Positions 50,289-50,382 of a DNA stretch of 50,382 nucleotides are shown piece by piece. The first letter of the stretch is position 1; every line of letters starts with the position of its first letter. The stretch comes from Catajapyx aquilonaris. Its lineage: Eukaryota. The translations under genes and the position numbers were made by a program. The notes under the pieces were generated by a model, which was not told the origin of the DNA, did no database searches, and saw nothing but the letters and a program-made list of their open reading frames with translations. The stretch is taken from positions 1-50,382 of the forward strand of contig JYFJ02002839.1 in assembly GCA_000934665.2 (NCBI GenBank). Reading direction: 5' to 3'.

Positions 50289-50382
50289 ATATTAACAAAC
50301 TGTACATGGCTAGAGAGACAGGCGGCCTGGGCCCCGCCCTCCCTCGCTCCGATTGGTCCTGCGTCTGGCGCGCTTTTAAAAA

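Overview
This is eukaryotic, almost certainly invertebrate-animal (probably arthropod) DNA. I see no intact host gene, no rRNA, tRNA or CRISPR locus and nothing prokaryotic. The window is a dense, nested transposon graveyard. It holds three hAT transposase relics, two EnSpm/CACTA (CMC) elements each pairing a transposase with a SAMD3-like gene, a DUF4806 gene, a Sola1 transposase, a SAP-domain gene fragment and a LINE ORF2 fragment. It also holds two non-autonomous LTR elements, two tRNA-headed SINEs with TSDs, several MITEs and two kilobase-scale palindromic elements. Two observations stand out. (1) All ten independently inserted elements with recognisable coding sequence between 14.7 and 50.3 kb lie on the minus strand, as in a uni-strand (flamenco-like) piRNA cluster or a large plus-strand intron. 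(2) A very young Gypsy-type LTR element (2 mismatches in 399 bp by eye, CTAG TSD) has no gag, RT or integrase but keeps one intact retropepsin-like ORF whose catalytic Asp is replaced by Ser. A 5.6-11.4 kb block remains unexplained. Family assignments come from motif recognition by eye, not from database searches.
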